A stretch of 64,000 nt of DNA, taken from an uncultured delta proteobacterium. Lineage in GTDB: Bacteria; Myxococcota_A; Polyangia; Polyangiales; Polyangiaceae. Where the stretch lies: assembly GCA_963806225.1 (NCBI GenBank), contig CAWDXG010000004.1, positions 736,001 to 800,000 of the forward strand, read 5' to 3'. Positions 11,759 to 23,327 of the stretch are shown here, in pieces; position 1 is the first letter of the stretch; every line of letters begins with the position of its first letter. A program made the translations under genes and the position numbers. The notes beneath the pieces were generated by a model. That model saw only the letters and a program-made list of their open reading frames with translations. It did no database searches and was not told the origin of the DNA.

Positions 11759-12751
11759 ATGATCCGCCCGAGCATTGGCCGTGCCTGGAGCCACATGCGT
11801 TCGCTGTGGCCGCGCTGGACTCTGCTGCCGCCGGCGCCTTGGGTGTTGTGGTGCCTCTACCAGTTCTCACGCGGCGTGTTCCGGTGGGACCTGGTCGCGG
11901 CGTTCGTGCTGGCGTTGACGCTCTCCTACACGAACCAGTCGACGAAGCGCCTGCTCATCGGCATCTACCCCGCGTGCCTGGTCGGGGTGCTGTACGACTC
12001 GATGAAGCTGTTCGAAAGCGTCGGCGTCAGCAAGTCGACCGTGCACCTGTGCGACCTCCGCGCCCACGAGCTGGCCTGGTTCGGCTTCGAATCCGGCGGC
12101 GTGCGCATGACGCCCGGGGACTGGCTCCAGCAGCACACAAGCCCCGTGCTCGACGCGATCTCGGCGATCCCCTACGGCACGTTCATCTTCGTGGTGCTCG
12201 GCTACGCGGTGTACCTGTACTTCCGCGACTTCACCGGCCTCCAACGATTCGCCTGGTCGTTCCTGATCCTGAACGTGCTCGGCTTCATCACCTACCACGT
12301 CTACCCCGCGGCCCCGCCCTGGTACTTCCACGGCCACGGCTGCGTCGTCGACCTCGCCACCCACGCCAGCGAAGGGCCGGGCCTGACGCGCGTCGACGCG
12401 ATGCTCGGCTTCGGCTACTTCCACGGAATGTACGGTCGGTCGAGCGACGTGTTCGGGGCGGTCCCGTCGCTTCACTCCGCCTATCCGCTGCTGCTCGTAC
12501 TGGAAGGCTGGCGGCACAATCGCTGGGCTGCCTGGTTCGGCATGCTCGCGTTCGCGGTGACGATGTGGTTCGCAGCCGTGTACCTCGACCACCACTGGGT
12601 CACCGACGTGCTGCTCGGCATCGTCTATTCCGCAGTGACCTACACCGCGACTAGCCTGGTGTTCCGGTATCTGAAGCGGCGCGCCGAGGCCAATCCGCTG
12701 GCCGACCGCACCCTCCCCGTCGCTGCAGGTCCGGGCAACACCGGCACGTGA
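11759..12751 (+). CDS. Aur1/inositol-phosphorylceramide-synthase-like PAP2 membrane protein
   Basis: YPAAPPWY, AVPSLHSAY and YLDHHWVTD motifs; multiple TM helices. Confidence 0.82.
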   Translation: MIRPSIGRAWSHMRSLWPRWTLLPPAPWVLWCLYQFSRGVFRWDLVAAFVLALTLSYTNQSTKRLLIGIYPACLVGVLYDSMKLFESVGVSKSTVHLCDLRAHELAWFGFESGGVRMTPGDWLQQHTSPVLDAISAIPYGTFIFVVLGYAVYLYFRDFTGLQRFAWSFLILNVLGFITYHVYPAAPPWYFHGHGCVVDLATHASEGPGLTRVDAMLGFGYFHGMYGRSSDVFGAVPSLHSAYPLLLVLEGWRHNRWAAWFGMLAFAVTMWFAAVYLDHHWVTDVLLGIVYSAVTYTATSLVFRYLKRRAEANPLADRTLPVAAGPGNTGT

Positions 12752-12808
12752 GCGCAGCCCGGATTGCCAGCCCGAACGCGTGCTGTACGATGTGCGCGGA
12801 GGGCAGCC

Positions 12809-13921
12809 ATGAAGACACGCGCAGCGGTGGCGTACGAAGCGGGCAAGCCGCTGGTCATCGAGGAAGTCGAGCTTGAAGGACCCCACGCCGGGGAAGTCCT
12901 GGTCGAGATCAAGGCCACCGGCGTCTGCCACACAGACGAATTCACGCGTTCAGGCGCCGACCCCGAAGGGCTCTTCCCGGCGATCTTCGGGCACGAAGGC
13001 GCCGGGATCGTGCTGGAAGTGGGCGCCGGGGTGACCAGCGTGAAGCCCGGCGACCACGTGATCCCGCTCTACACACCGGAGTGCCGTGGCTGCAAGTCCT
13101 GCCTCAGCCGCAAGACCAACCTGTGCACGGCGATCCGCGCGACGCAGGGCAAGGGTCTGATGCCCGACGGCACGAGCCGTTTTTCAATCGGCAAAACAAG
13201 GCTCCACCACTACATGGGCTGTTCGACGTTCTCGAACCACACGGTGCTCCCGGAGATCGCCGTGGCGAAGGTGCGCGACGACGCGCCGTTCGACAAGATC
13301 TGCTACATCGGCTGCGGCGTCACCACGGGCATCGGCGCGGTCATCTGGACCGCGAAGGTCGAACCCGGAGCCAACGTGGTCGTGTTCGGCCTGGGCGGCA
13401 TCGGGCTCAACGTCGTGCAGGGCGCACGGATGGCCGGCGCGAACCGCATCATCGGCGTGGATATCAATCCCGCACGCGAAGAGCTCGCGCGCCACTTCGG
13501 CATGACGGACTTCGTCAACCCGGACAAGCTCGACGGCGACCTGGTCCCGCAACTGGTGGAGCTGACCGGCGGTGGCGCGGACTACAGCTTCGAATGCGTG
13601 GGCAACGTCGAACTGATGCGCCAGGCGCTGGAGTGCTGCCATCGCGGCTGGGGCGTCAGCGTCATCATCGGCGTCGCGGGCGCCGGGCAGGAGATCTCCA
13701 CACGGCCCTTCCAGCTGGTAACGGGGCGGGTGTGGAAGGGCACGGCGTTCGGCGGCGCACGCGGGCGCACCGACGTACCCCGTATCGTGGACTGGTACAT
13801 GGATGGCAGGATCGACATCGATAGCCTGATCACCCACAAGCTGCCGCTCGAGCAAATCAACGAAGCGTTCGACCTGATGCACAAAGGCGAGTCGATCCGC
13901 ACGGTCGTGGAGTTCCAATGA
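12809..13921 (+). CDS. frmA: S-(hydroxymethyl)glutathione dehydrogenase / class III alcohol dehydrogenase
   Basis: [41 protein letters not shown]. Confidence 0.96.
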   Translation: MKTRAAVAYEAGKPLVIEEVELEGPHAGEVLVEIKATGVCHTDEFTRSGADPEGLFPAIFGHEGAGIVLEVGAGVTSVKPGDHVIPLYTPECRGCKSCLSRKTNLCTAIRATQGKGLMPDGTSRFSIGKTRLHHYMGCSTFSNHTVLPEIAVAKVRDDAPFDKICYIGCGVTTGIGAVIWTAKVEPGANVVVFGLGGIGLNVVQGARMAGANRIIGVDINPAREELARHFGMTDFVNPDKLDGDLVPQLVELTGGGADYSFECVGNVELMRQALECCHRGWGVSVIIGVAGAGQEISTRPFQLVTGRVWKGTAFGGARGRTDVPRIVDWYMDGRIDIDSLITHKLPLEQINEAFDLMHKGESIRTVVEFQ

Positions 13922-15516
13922 CCTCTCCCTACGCGAAGCTCGACATGAAGGCGACCCCGCCGCGGGTGACATTTCCCCGGAGGTACAACGCCGCGGTCGA
14001 TCTGGTGGACCGCCACGTCGACGAGGGACGCGGCGCGCGCCTCGCCTACCGCGACGACCGGACACAGTTGACCTACGCGGAGCTGGCCGAGCGCATCAAC
14101 CGCGCGGGCAACGCGCTCCGGGAGCTGGGCGTACAGATGGAGCAGCGGGTCATGCTGGTGATGCTCGACACCGTCGACTTCCCTGCCCTGTTTCTCGGCG
14201 CGATGAAGATCGGCGCGGTGCCCGTGCCGGTCAATACGCTACTCACCCGAGACGACTACGCGTTCATGCTCGAAGACAGCCGTGCGCGCGTGCTCGTCGT
14301 GAGCGACGCCCTGCTTCCCAAGCTGGAACCGGGCATCGCCAGGTCCCCGTTCCTGGAGCACACTGTCGTGGCGAGCTCTCCGCTCGGCGGCCCCGATCAC
14401 AGCCGCCCGGAGCTCGATGGGGTTCTGGGTCCGGCGGGAAACCAACTGGAGGCGGCACCTACGACGCCGGACGACGTGGCCTTCTGGTTGTACTCGTCCG
14501 GCTCCACCGGCTCGCCCAAGGGCGCGGTCCATCTGCATTCTGACCTGATAGAGACCGCAGCCCTCTACTCGCAGGGCGTGCTCGGCATCCGCGAGGACGA
14601 CGTGGTCTTCTCGGCGGCCAAACTGTTCTTCGCCTACGGCCTCGGCAACGCGCTCACATTTCCGCTCGCCGTCGGCGCGAGCGCCGTGCTGATGGCGGAG
14701 CGGCCCACACCGGCCGCCATCCGGCGCGTGATGCATGACAAGCAGCCGACCCTCTTCTGCGGCGTGCCCACGCTATATGCCTCGATGCTCGCCGATCCGT
14801 CGATCACACGGGAGAGCTGCTCGGAGCGGCTGCGCGTGAGCATCTCCGCAGGCGAAGCTCTGCCACGGCACGTCGGGGAGAAGTGGCGCGAGAGATTCGG
14901 CAGCGACATTCTCGACGGGATCGGGTCGACCGAAATGCTGCACATCTTCCTTTCGAATCGTCCCGGCGACGTGCGCTACGGGACGTCGGGCAAGCCGGTA
15001 CCCGGATACGACGCCAAGCTCATCGGCGACGACGGCGACCTGGTGGCGGACGGCGAAGAGGGGTCCTTGTGGGTGCGGGGGCCGTCCGCCGCGGCGGCCT
15101 ACTGGAACCAGCGCGAGCGGAGCCTTTCGACCTTCCACGGGCCCTGGACCCGCACGGGCGATCGCTACGTGCGCGACGGCGAGGGCTACTACACGTACGC
15201 CGGGCGCGCGGACGACATGATCAAGGCGGGGGGGATCTGGGTCTCGCCGTTCGAAGTCGAATCCGCACTCGGCGAACACGACGCGGTGCTCGAAGCCGCG
15301 GTGGTCGGCCACGCCGACAGCGACGGCCTGGTCAAGCCAAAAGCCTTCGTCGTCCTGACCGATCCGGGGCTGGCATCCGGAGACCTGGTGGCCGAGCTGA
15401 AAGCCTTCGTGAAGGATCGCCTGGCTCCCTACAAGTACCCCCGCTGGATCGAATTCCTGCCCGAGCTGCCGAAGACGGCGACCGGCAAAATCCAGCGCTT
15501 CCGTCTCCGCGACTGA
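13918..15516 (+). CDS. Benzoate-CoA ligase family protein
   Basis: [51 protein letters not shown] overlap with frmA. Confidence 0.9.
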   Translation: MTSPYAKLDMKATPPRVTFPRRYNAAVDLVDRHVDEGRGARLAYRDDRTQLTYAELAERINRAGNALRELGVQMEQRVMLVMLDTVDFPALFLGAMKIGAVPVPVNTLLTRDDYAFMLEDSRARVLVVSDALLPKLEPGIARSPFLEHTVVASSPLGGPDHSRPELDGVLGPAGNQLEAAPTTPDDVAFWLYSSGSTGSPKGAVHLHSDLIETAALYSQGVLGIREDDVVFSAAKLFFAYGLGNALTFPLAVGASAVLMAERPTPAAIRRVMHDKQPTLFCGVPTLYASMLADPSITRESCSERLRVSISAGEALPRHVGEKWRERFGSDILDGIGSTEMLHIFLSNRPGDVRYGTSGKPVPGYDAKLIGDDGDLVADGEEGSLWVRGPSAAAAYWNQRERSLSTFHGPWTRTGDRYVRDGEGYYTYAGRADDMIKAGGIWVSPFEVESALGEHDAVLEAAVVGHADSDGLVKPKAFVVLTDPGLASGDLVAELKAFVKDRLAPYKYPRWIEFLPELPKTATGKIQRFRLRD

Positions 15517-15619
15517 GCGCATCTGGCGCCGGCACAGGCTCTCCCCGACCGGGCCCTACCCTGCCGACGTTTGACGGCGGCCCGAGACGGGGCGAGCATT
15601 GCTATCTCGGCCTTCCGCC

Positions 15620-16621
15620 ATGAGCGTCCAGCAAGTCACGGAACTCAGCGTTGCACAGCTCGGGCCCGGCGACCGCCTGGGCCCATACGAGTTGCTCTGC
15701 GCGGTCGCGCAGGGCGGTATGGCGCGGGTCTGGGCAGCACGCCACCACCCGTCGGGTCAAATCGTCGCGGTCAAGACGATTCGGCCGGAGCTCGCCTCGA
15801 ACGCGATGTACTGCTCGCTTTTCGTGGACGAGGCCCGCTACGCGTCCCAGGTGACCCACCCGAACGTGTGCGAGGTCTACGGGCTGGGCAACGAGCGCGG
15901 GGTGCTGTACATCGCCATGGAGTGGGTGCACGGCGAGAGCCTGGCGAGGCTGCTCAAGCCGAACAAGGGGGACACGCCGCGTCCGCTGCCGCCCCGCATC
16001 GCCGCGCGCCTCGTCGCCGACGCCTGCGAGGCGTTGCACGCCGCCCACGAGCTCAGGGACGAGAACGGGCGCCACATCAAGTTGGTCCACTGCGACGTCT
16101 CCCCGCAGAATCTTCTGCTCACCACGGTCGGCACGTTGAAGCTCGTGGACTTCGGCGTGGCGCAGTCGGCGGCGGAGCAGCAGCGGCGCGAAGGCCCCCA
16201 GTCGCGGCCGAGCGGGAAGGCCGCATACATGGCGCCGGAGCAGGCCACCGGAGCCCGCATCAGCCGCATGAGCGACGTGTTCGTGCTGGGCGTGTGCCTG
16301 TACGAGCTTTCCACCAGCAAGCGTCCCTTCGCGACGGGCTCGTGGGATGCCACGATCGAACGGCTCAAGGAACACGACTTCGCGCACCCGACCGAGGTCA
16401 TTGCCGACTATCCGTCGTTGCTCGAGCGCATCGTGCTCAGGGCGATGGCCCGCGGCTCGGCGTTCCGCTATCCGTCCGCCCAGCGGATGGGCGCGGCGCT
16501 CGAGGATTGGCTCCGGCGATCGGGACCGCCCGTGACGGCCGACGAGCTGACGGCGCTGCTCGAAGAGCGCGCGGGCGACATCGTCCGCGAGCGCGAAGCC
16601 GAGATCGTCGGCCGCCGCTAG
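15620..16621 (+). CDS. Hanks-type Ser/Thr protein kinase (soluble, kinase domain only)
   Basis: AQGGMARVW, VAVK, HCDVSPQN, DFG, YMAPEQ. Confidence 0.9.
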   Translation: MSVQQVTELSVAQLGPGDRLGPYELLCAVAQGGMARVWAARHHPSGQIVAVKTIRPELASNAMYCSLFVDEARYASQVTHPNVCEVYGLGNERGVLYIAMEWVHGESLARLLKPNKGDTPRPLPPRIAARLVADACEALHAAHELRDENGRHIKLVHCDVSPQNLLLTTVGTLKLVDFGVAQSAAEQQRREGPQSRPSGKAAYMAPEQATGARISRMSDVFVLGVCLYELSTSKRPFATGSWDATIERLKEHDFAHPTEVIADYPSLLERIVLRAMARGSAFRYPSAQRMGAALEDWLRRSGPPVTADELTALLEERAGDIVREREAEIVGRR

Positions 16622-16627
16622 CCCACG

Positions 16628-17356
16628 CTACTTGCGCGCCAGCACTTCGCTGCCAATCCCCTGGGCACCGGCGCCGGCCGCCCTCCCCGACAGGCCGCTC
16701 GCCGCCGTGTGGTAGACGGCCACACCAACGCCACTGCCCCAACCGACAACGAACAAATCGCCGTCGAGAATGCCGACGCCGCTGTAGCTCTCGCCGCTGG
16801 TGAGCGCCCAGTGGACCGTGCGCAGCGCTCCCTTCGGCGTGATTGTCACCTTGCCGTGGTAGGCGCCTCCCGATGCCGGTGAGCTCGACGAGACGATGTT
16901 GTACGTGCCGCTCACGCCCGCCGGACCGCTCAGGCTCTCGGTTCCGAGGCTCGGCGCGCCCTCCATGGCCCACTTGCCGTCCAGCGACCCGCCGGAGACC
17001 TTGTACACGACGACGCCCGGCTTGCTCTTGCCCCAACCCACTCCGAGCAGGTCACCCATCTCGATGCCCACTCCCGAGAAGTTGCTCCCGCCGCTGCTGA
17101 TGGTCCAGGCGAGGACGTCGTGGTCGCCGTGATTGGAGATGTCGACGCTGCCCGCGTATTGCGATCCGTCCGCGTTCCTTCCCGACTGGATGGTGTAGTT
17201 GCCGGTGAAGCTCTGCTGGGCCGCCGGGGCTTTAGCCTTCTCGCCCGACGTGGTGATCGGCGGCGGTGGTGCTCGCTTCTTCTTGCAGGCCAGAAGCGCA
17301 GTCCCCACCACCAGTGCCAGTGCAGCCGCCGTGAGCGGCCCGATCCTGTCAGCCAT
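16628..17356 (-). CDS. Hypothetical lipoprotein with an internally duplicated beta-rich domain
   Basis: Lipobox LLAC; two repeats of about 95 aa, each with GxYxI...YxGxVxI...W...SGVGI...VGWG...VY. Confidence 0.75.
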   Translation of the reverse strand: MADRIGPLTAAALALVVGTALLACKKKRAPPPPITTSGEKAKAPAAQQSFTGNYTIQSGRNADGSQYAGSVDISNHGDHDVLAWTISSGGSNFSGVGIEMGDLLGVGWGKSKPGVVVYKVSGGSLDGKWAMEGAPSLGTESLSGPAGVSGTYNIVSSSSPASGGAYHGKVTITPKGALRTVHWALTSGESYSGVGILDGDLFVVGWGSGVGVAVYHTAASGLSGRAAGAGAQGIGSEVLARK

Positions 17357-17467
17357 TGCGTCCTCCTCTTCCTCCTACCGGAACCTGCGCGACGGTATCG
17401 CCGTTCGGGAACGCGCTCAAGCGCCGTCGGGCGCGTGGTACGCTCAAGGGCGCGCTGGGTTGGGCAC

Positions 17468-18823
17468 ATGACCTATTCGAAGAAGCAGCAGCTCGCCGAA
17501 CGCCTGCTCGCCGCGTCTGGCAAGTTGCCCACTTCGAGCCTGGGGCGCTTGCGGCGCACCGCCGGCGCCGCACTCCGGAGCGGCCGCCTGGTGCTCGGCT
17601 CCCGCGGACAGCCGGACGCCAACCTCGATGAGGAATCCGTGGCGCGCGTCGTTGACGCGCTCGGTCAGCTCAAGGGCATCGCCATGAAGGCGGGTCAGCT
17701 CATGAGCTACGTCGACATCGAGCTCCCGGAAGAGCTGGGCGAAGCACTGTCGGTGTTGCAGACCCACGCCCAACCCATGAGCCCCGAACGCGTCAGAGCC
17801 TTGCTCCGCGACGAGCTCGGCGGGCGCGCGGACGCGCTGCTCGACCGTCTGCAGCCCGTACCTCTGGCAGCCGCCTCGATTGGCCAGGTGCACCGCGCCA
17901 CGCTGTCCGACGGCACCCGCGTCGCCGTCAAGGTGCAGTATCCCGAGGTGGCCCAGGCGATCCGGGCGGATTTCGGCCCGGCAGCAATTGGCGTGCGCTT
18001 CATCTCGCTCATCTATCCGAACGCGCGTGCGGCCGACTTCCTTCAAGAGGCGCGGTCGCGCTTCCTCGAGGAGTGCGACTATCTGCACGAAGCAGCGTGC
18101 CAGGCCCGGTTCGCCGAGCTCTTCGCCGACCATCCGCGTCTCCGGGTGCCGGCGGTCCACACCGATCTGTGTTCGCAGCGCGTGCTGACCAGCGAGTACA
18201 TCGCCGGAGCGGGCTTCGACGACTTCCTCGATTCGAATCCCTCCCAGCGCGAGCGCAACGAAATCGGCGAAGCGCTGTTCGAATTCTACATCGGCACGCT
18301 CTTCAAGCATGGCCTGTACAACTGCGACCCCCACCCCGGCAACTACCTGTTCCAACCGGATGGGCATGTCGCGATGCTCGACTACGGGTGTTCTCGCGAG
18401 TTCGAGCCCGCCTACGTCGACAAGCTCGCGCGGTTGACCAGCGCGGTGCACAGCGATACGCGCGAGGCGCTGGAAGCGTGCTTCATCGAGCTCGGCATGG
18501 TCCGCGAGGGGCAGACCTACGACTTCGGCACGGCGCGCGATCTAGTCCGCTCCTTCTACGGCCCGATGCTGCAGGACCGGGTACAACGTATCGATCTCGG
18601 CGAGGCGATGAGCATGAGACGGCTAGTGGACAGGAAGCGGGAACTGATGAAGATCGGCGTCCCCGGCGAGTTCCTGTTCCTGTTCCGGATCCGCTTCGGG
18701 CTCATGTCCGTGCTCGCCCGCCTGGGAGCCGAAGCCAACTGGTACCGGCTGGAGCAGAGCTACGCCAGCGAGGATCGGGCGCTCCGTCCCCACGCATTTG
18801 TCCAGCTGGGAAGCAGCCGCTAG
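17468..18823 (+). CDS. ABC1/AarF/UbiB-family atypical kinase
   Basis: [35 protein letters not shown]. Confidence 0.93.
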   Translation: MTYSKKQQLAERLLAASGKLPTSSLGRLRRTAGAALRSGRLVLGSRGQPDANLDEESVARVVDALGQLKGIAMKAGQLMSYVDIELPEELGEALSVLQTHAQPMSPERVRALLRDELGGRADALLDRLQPVPLAAASIGQVHRATLSDGTRVAVKVQYPEVAQAIRADFGPAAIGVRFISLIYPNARAADFLQEARSRFLEECDYLHEAACQARFAELFADHPRLRVPAVHTDLCSQRVLTSEYIAGAGFDDFLDSNPSQRERNEIGEALFEFYIGTLFKHGLYNCDPHPGNYLFQPDGHVAMLDYGCSREFEPAYVDKLARLTSAVHSDTREALEACFIELGMVREGQTYDFGTARDLVRSFYGPMLQDRVQRIDLGEAMSMRRLVDRKRELMKIGVPGEFLFLFRIRFGLMSVLARLGAEANWYRLEQSYASEDRALRPHAFVQLGSSR

Positions 18824-18918
18824 TCTGTAGCAAGCGGCGGGCTAGCCCTTCGGACGGGCGGCCGGGATTGCGTCTTCGGCCGGCGTTCGCTGGGTTTGCT
18901 GCTTTGGACAGCAGAAGA

Positions 18919-19992
18919 ATGGAGCGGGCAGGCTGGAGGACGACCGCGAAGCGGGCGGTGGGAACGGCGCTCGCCGTCGCCACGCTCGCGCCAACCGGCT
19001 GCGATCGCGGCGGGAACGCACCACACGAGGCCAGTCCGCGGACGAGTGCAGAACATCGACCGGCTGTCCTCTCGTCGGGCGCCGGACCGGGCAGAAGTCC
19101 GCTGCCGTCCGCCTCGGCCAGCCCCGCACTTGGCGCGCACACGGCGCTGGATGCCGGAACCGCGCTCCCCGGCAACACCCGGGGCTGTCCCGACGGAATG
19201 CTGCGCGTGGAGGGCCAGTACTGCCCGGACGTGCTGGAAGAATGCGCGAAATTCCATCCCGACTACGTCAGGCACCGGGACAACAAGAACATCAGCGCGC
19301 GCTGTCTGGAGTTCCGCGCGTCGCGCTGCTTCTCCGATCGGCTGAAGCACCTGGCCTTCTGTATGGACCGCTACGAGTATCCGGACCAGGCGGGCAAGCT
19401 GCCACGGGTCCTCACGAGTTGGCTCGAAGCGCAGGCGCTCTGCCAACGCGAGGGCAAGCGCTTGTGTACGGAGGACGAATTCAACTTCGCATGCGAGGGG
19501 CCCGAGATGCTCCCCTACGCCACGGGCTACAAGCGCGACGCCAACGCATGCAACATCGACAAGCCCTACATCATGCCGGACCACGAACATCGCATGCTGC
19601 ACTACGACGAGTGCCGGAAGGACGAACGCTGCTCCAAGGAGCTCCGGCGGCTGGACCAACGTCATGCGATCGGGTCGGTCAACACCTGCGTGTCCTGGGC
19701 CGGCGTGATCGACCTGAACGGCAACGTCAACGAATGGGTGACTCGTCCGGGCGAGAAGTCGCCTCGCCGCGGCGGGCTCAAAGGTGGCTGGTGGGGACCA
19801 GTCCGGGACCGCTGCCGCCCGACCGTCATCTTCCACAAGGAATTCGACTACGGCTACGAGGCCGGGTTCCGCTGCTGCAAGGACCTCGCGGGCCAGCAGG
19901 CCGGCAGAGCCACGGAGGCCCGCGCCGGCCGGGGGGGGCCGCATCCGGACGCCGGCGTGCCGACCGCCGCTAGCGCGGCCGGCGGCGGCTGA
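18919..19992 (+). CDS. SUMF1/FGE-family (formylglycine-generating-enzyme-like) Cys-rich lipoprotein
   Basis: CPDGM...FCMDRYEYP...GKRLCTEDEFNFACEG...DLNGNVNEW...GFRCC; possible lipobox PTGC. Confidence 0.85.
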   Translation: MERAGWRTTAKRAVGTALAVATLAPTGCDRGGNAPHEASPRTSAEHRPAVLSSGAGPGRSPLPSASASPALGAHTALDAGTALPGNTRGCPDGMLRVEGQYCPDVLEECAKFHPDYVRHRDNKNISARCLEFRASRCFSDRLKHLAFCMDRYEYPDQAGKLPRVLTSWLEAQALCQREGKRLCTEDEFNFACEGPEMLPYATGYKRDANACNIDKPYIMPDHEHRMLHYDECRKDERCSKELRRLDQRHAIGSVNTCVSWAGVIDLNGNVNEWVTRPGEKSPRRGGLKGGWWGPVRDRCRPTVIFHKEFDYGYEAGFRCCKDLAGQQAGRATEARAGRGGPHPDAGVPTAASAAGGG

Positions 19993-21259
19993 ACGGCGGC
20001 GGGAACAGCTCCTGCGTGCTGCCGAGATCGAGCGTCGTCTCGAGGCCCGGCTGCTCTGCCGGTGGCCGGAGCAACAGCGTGGTCTCGTCGAGGCGCAGGC
20101 TCTGGATCTGGCCCAGCTTCCACAGAAACTTCAGCCCGATGATCGGGTTGCCGTGGAACAGCGGATAGAGCGTCGGCTGGTCCAGCGCCAGGAGACGGCA
20201 AGCATCCAGGGCGCGCACCGTGGCCGAGCGCGGCCGATTGGTGAGAAGCGCCATCTCGCCGAAGTGGCTGCCCGCCGACAGCGTGGTCAGCGCCGAGCCA
20301 TTGCGTTCCACCTGCACGCGGCCCGAAGCGATGATGTACAGGCAGTGGCTGGTCTCGCCCTCGCGCAGAATGGTCGCACCCGCTTCGTGTTCCTCGGTGC
20401 GGAGCACGCTGGCCACTTCGAGAAGCTCCGGATAGGTCAGCTCGTTGAAGAGCTCCATCGCGGCAAGCGCGGAGAGATCCTCGTGGACGCGTGACTGCCG
20501 CTCCGACGCCGGCGCTTCGGCGCGCACGACAACGGCGGTGATGTTGTCATCTCCACCCCGCTCGTTGGCCAGGTCAATCAGGCGCTGCGGCAGCTTGTCG
20601 GGCTCGCCATCCAGCAGCTGACCCAACTCGCCGCCGTTCTCGAAGTAGCCATGCAACCCGTCCGAACACAGGAGGTAGGTGTCGCCGGGCAGCACATCGA
20701 ACTCGAGCGTGTCGATGCGGACTCGCGCCAGCGGTCCGATCGCGCGCGTCAGGAGGTTCGAAGGAAACATGTCCGCGGCCTGCTCGGGCGAGAAGCCGTG
20801 CCGCACGGCGTCGGCGATGAAGCTGTGATCGAGCGAGAGCTGGTGCAGCTCGGCCGCCCTACGCACGTAGAGCCGACTGTCTCCGACGTGGCACAACACG
20901 CCGCGCTGGCCACGGATGCACAGCACCGTGCAGGTGGTCCCGGCGCCGTGCGCCCGGGAATCGCGCTTGCCCAGCTCGTGCACGGCGGAGTTGGCCGCCT
21001 CGACTGCGCGGCGCAGCACGTCGGTGACATACGCCGCCCGGGACATGTCCGGAGCCTCGCCGGCGGCTTCGCCGAGCTCGGAGCGGACCACGTGCTCGAT
21101 GGTCTTCACGGCCAGCGCGGAGGCCACCTCGCCCGCCGCGTGCCCGCCCATCCCGTCGCAAACGACGTACAGGCCGAGCGGCTCGTCCACCAGGAAGCGG
21201 TCCTCGTTGTGGTCGCGCTTCTGCCCGACGTCGGAAAGCCCATGCGCCTGAAGCTTCAC
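19970..21259 (-). CDS. PP2C protein phosphatase fused to a C-terminal cyclic-nucleotide-binding domain
   Basis: [36 protein letters not shown]; then FGEMALL...RSATVRA. Confidence 0.92.
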   Translation of the reverse strand: MKLQAHGLSDVGQKRDHNEDRFLVDEPLGLYVVCDGMGGHAAGEVASALAVKTIEHVVRSELGEAAGEAPDMSRAAYVTDVLRRAVEAANSAVHELGKRDSRAHGAGTTCTVLCIRGQRGVLCHVGDSRLYVRRAAELHQLSLDHSFIADAVRHGFSPEQAADMFPSNLLTRAIGPLARVRIDTLEFDVLPGDTYLLCSDGLHGYFENGGELGQLLDGEPDKLPQRLIDLANERGGDDNITAVVVRAEAPASERQSRVHEDLSALAAMELFNELTYPELLEVASVLRTEEHEAGATILREGETSHCLYIIASGRVQVERNGSALTTLSAGSHFGEMALLTNRPRSATVRALDACRLLALDQPTLYPLFHGNPIIGLKFLWKLGQIQSLRLDETTLLLRPPAEQPGLETTLDLGSTQELFPPPFSRRRPR

Positions 21260-21393
21260 GCGGGCCACGATAGCCGACCCTGGCGGCCCCAGGCCACCAG
21301 AGTACCCGGTACAGCCCGGGGACCCGCTCATCCGTGGGACAACGTGGCCGGGACCGGTCGCTCGACACCTTGCCTCCGCCCGCTTCATCGCAT

Positions 21394-21409
21394 ATCGTCG
21401 ATTGACGAT
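21394..21409. promoter_or_regulatory. Putative ArsR operator palindrome
   Basis: ATCGTC-GATT-GACGAT (6-4-6 inverted repeat) at the 5' end of arsR. Confidence 0.55.
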
Positions 21410-21743
21410 GACAGCTGACGCGGCGTGCATTCCACCTCCAGACAGCGTTCCGGACATGAGACCGGTCGAGGGACCCGAGGCCGATGCGGAGCTGGCCGCG
21501 CTGTGCAAGGCGCTCGGTCATCCGGCGCGGATCCACATCCTGCGCCTGCTGGCACGACGAACTGCCTGCGTTTGCGGCGAGCTGGTCGGCGAGCTCGAAC
21601 TTGCGCAGTCCACGGTGTCCCAGCACCTGAAGGTCATGAAGGAGGTCGGGCTGGTACAGGGCGAGGTCGACGGACCGCGCGTCTGCTACTGCCTCGATCC
21701 CCGGTCGCTGCGCCGGCTCAAGGCCCTGATTGGCAGCCTCTAG
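21408..21743 (+). CDS. arsR: ArsR/SmtB metalloregulator
   Basis: KALGHPARIHIL...CVCGEL...QSTVSQHL; alternative start at 21456. Confidence 0.9.
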   Translation: MTADAACIPPPDSVPDMRPVEGPEADAELAALCKALGHPARIHILRLLARRTACVCGELVGELELAQSTVSQHLKVMKEVGLVQGEVDGPRVCYCLDPRSLRRLKALIGSL

Positions 21744-21758
21744 CATCGGAAGTCGACG

Positions 21759-22856
21759 ATGAGCTCCCAGCCCGCTGGCGTCGCACGCCGTCTCTCGTTC
21801 CTCGACCGGTACCTCACGCTGTGGATCTTCGCGGCCATGGCGCTCGGGGTCGGTCTCGGATTCGGCGCTCCCGGGGTGGTCTCGGGTCTGTCCCGCCTCA
21901 GCGTCGGCACGACCAGCATCCCCATCGCGGTCGGGCTGATCCTGATGATGTACCCGCCTCTGGCCAGGGTTCGCTACGAAAAGCTCGGCGGCGTGCTCGG
22001 AAACCGCCGCGTGCTGGTCCTATCCCTCGTCCAGAACTGGATCATCGGCCCGGCGCTGATGTTCGCACTCGCCGTCGTCTTCCTGCGCGACAAGCCCGAG
22101 TACATGCTCGGGCTGATCCTGATTGGGCTGGCGCGCTGCATCGCCATGGTCATCGTGTGGAACGATCTAGCGCGGGGCGACCCCGAGTTCTGCGCGGGGC
22201 TCGTAGCGATCAACTCGATCTTCCAGGTCTTGTTCTTCTCCGTGTACGCCTGGTTCTTCGCGACGCTGCTGCCCTCCTGGCTCGGGCTGAAGTCTGCGGT
22301 CATCGACATAGGGATCGGGCAGATCGCAACCAGCGTCGCCATCTATCTCGGTATCCCTTTCGCCGCCGGCCTGGCAACGCGGCTCGTGATGATCCGTGCC
22401 CGCGGCGTGGAGTGGTACGAACAGCGCTTCCTGCCCCGTATCGGTCCCATCACGCTCATTGCACTGCTCTTCACCATTATCGTGATGTTCTCGCTCAAGG
22501 GCGAGGCCATCGTGAAACTACCGCTCGACGTGGTGCGCATCGCGATACCGCTTCTCATCTACTTCGTGGTGATGTTCCTGGTGTCGTTCTGGCTCAGCCG
22601 CATCGCCGGGGCGAACTATCCGGCATCCACCACGCTGAGCTTCACTGCCGCGTCGAACAACTTCGAGCTGGCGATTGCCGTGGCCGTCGCGACGTTCGGC
22701 ATCCACAGCGGCGCGGCCTTCGCCGCGGTGATTGGTCCGCTGGTCGAAGTGCCCGTGATGATCGGCCTGGTCCACGTCGCGTTCTGGCTGGGCCGGCGCT
22801 ACTTCCCTGATTTCGCGGCGGGAATCCGAGCTGGAACGGAGCCTTCACCGGAGTAG
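21759..22856 (+). CDS. acr3: ACR3 arsenite efflux transporter
   Basis: [49 protein letters not shown]. Confidence 0.96.
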   Translation: MSSQPAGVARRLSFLDRYLTLWIFAAMALGVGLGFGAPGVVSGLSRLSVGTTSIPIAVGLILMMYPPLARVRYEKLGGVLGNRRVLVLSLVQNWIIGPALMFALAVVFLRDKPEYMLGLILIGLARCIAMVIVWNDLARGDPEFCAGLVAINSIFQVLFFSVYAWFFATLLPSWLGLKSAVIDIGIGQIATSVAIYLGIPFAAGLATRLVMIRARGVEWYEQRFLPRIGPITLIALLFTIIVMFSLKGEAIVKLPLDVVRIAIPLLIYFVVMFLVSFWLSRIAGANYPASTTLSFTAASNNFELAIAVAVATFGIHSGAAFAAVIGPLVEVPVMIGLVHVAFWLGRRYFPDFAAGIRAGTEPSPE

Positions 22857-22859
22857 CAG

Positions 22860-23327
22860 ATGGCGACCATCCTTTTTCTGTGCGTGGCCAACTCGGCGCG
22901 GAGCCAGATGGCCGAAGCGCTCGCCCGGAACCTTTTCGGGCGCGGCGTCCGGGTGCAGAGCGCGGGCAGCCGGCCATCCCGTGTCAATCCGTTTGCGGTG
23001 GAAGTGCTCGGCGAGCTTGGCGTCGACATGCGGGAGCAGCGCTCCAAGTCGGTCGACGGCATCGACCCGGCCAGCATCGACGCCGTGGTCACGCTCTGTG
23101 CCGAGGAGGTGTGCCCGGCGTTCCTGGGCGCGGCGCGGCGACTGCATTGGCCGATCCCGGACCCCGCAAGCGATGACCCCAGCCTTTCGCGCGAACAGAT
23201 GCTGACACGTTTCCGCATGGCGCGGGACGCGATCCAGAAGCTGCTCGAAACGCACCGCGCCGAGCTGCTCGGCACAGCCCAATCAGATCCCTTGATGGAG
23301 AACGATCACGATGACCGGAACCACTGA
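22860..23327 (+). CDS. arsC: Arsenate reductase (LMW-PTP/thioredoxin type)
   Basis: [31 protein letters not shown]; ars operon context. Confidence 0.92.
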   Translation: MATILFLCVANSARSQMAEALARNLFGRGVRVQSAGSRPSRVNPFAVEVLGELGVDMREQRSKSVDGIDPASIDAVVTLCAEEVCPAFLGAARRLHWPIPDPASDDPSLSREQMLTRFRMARDAIQKLLETHRAELLGTAQSDPLMENDHDDRNH

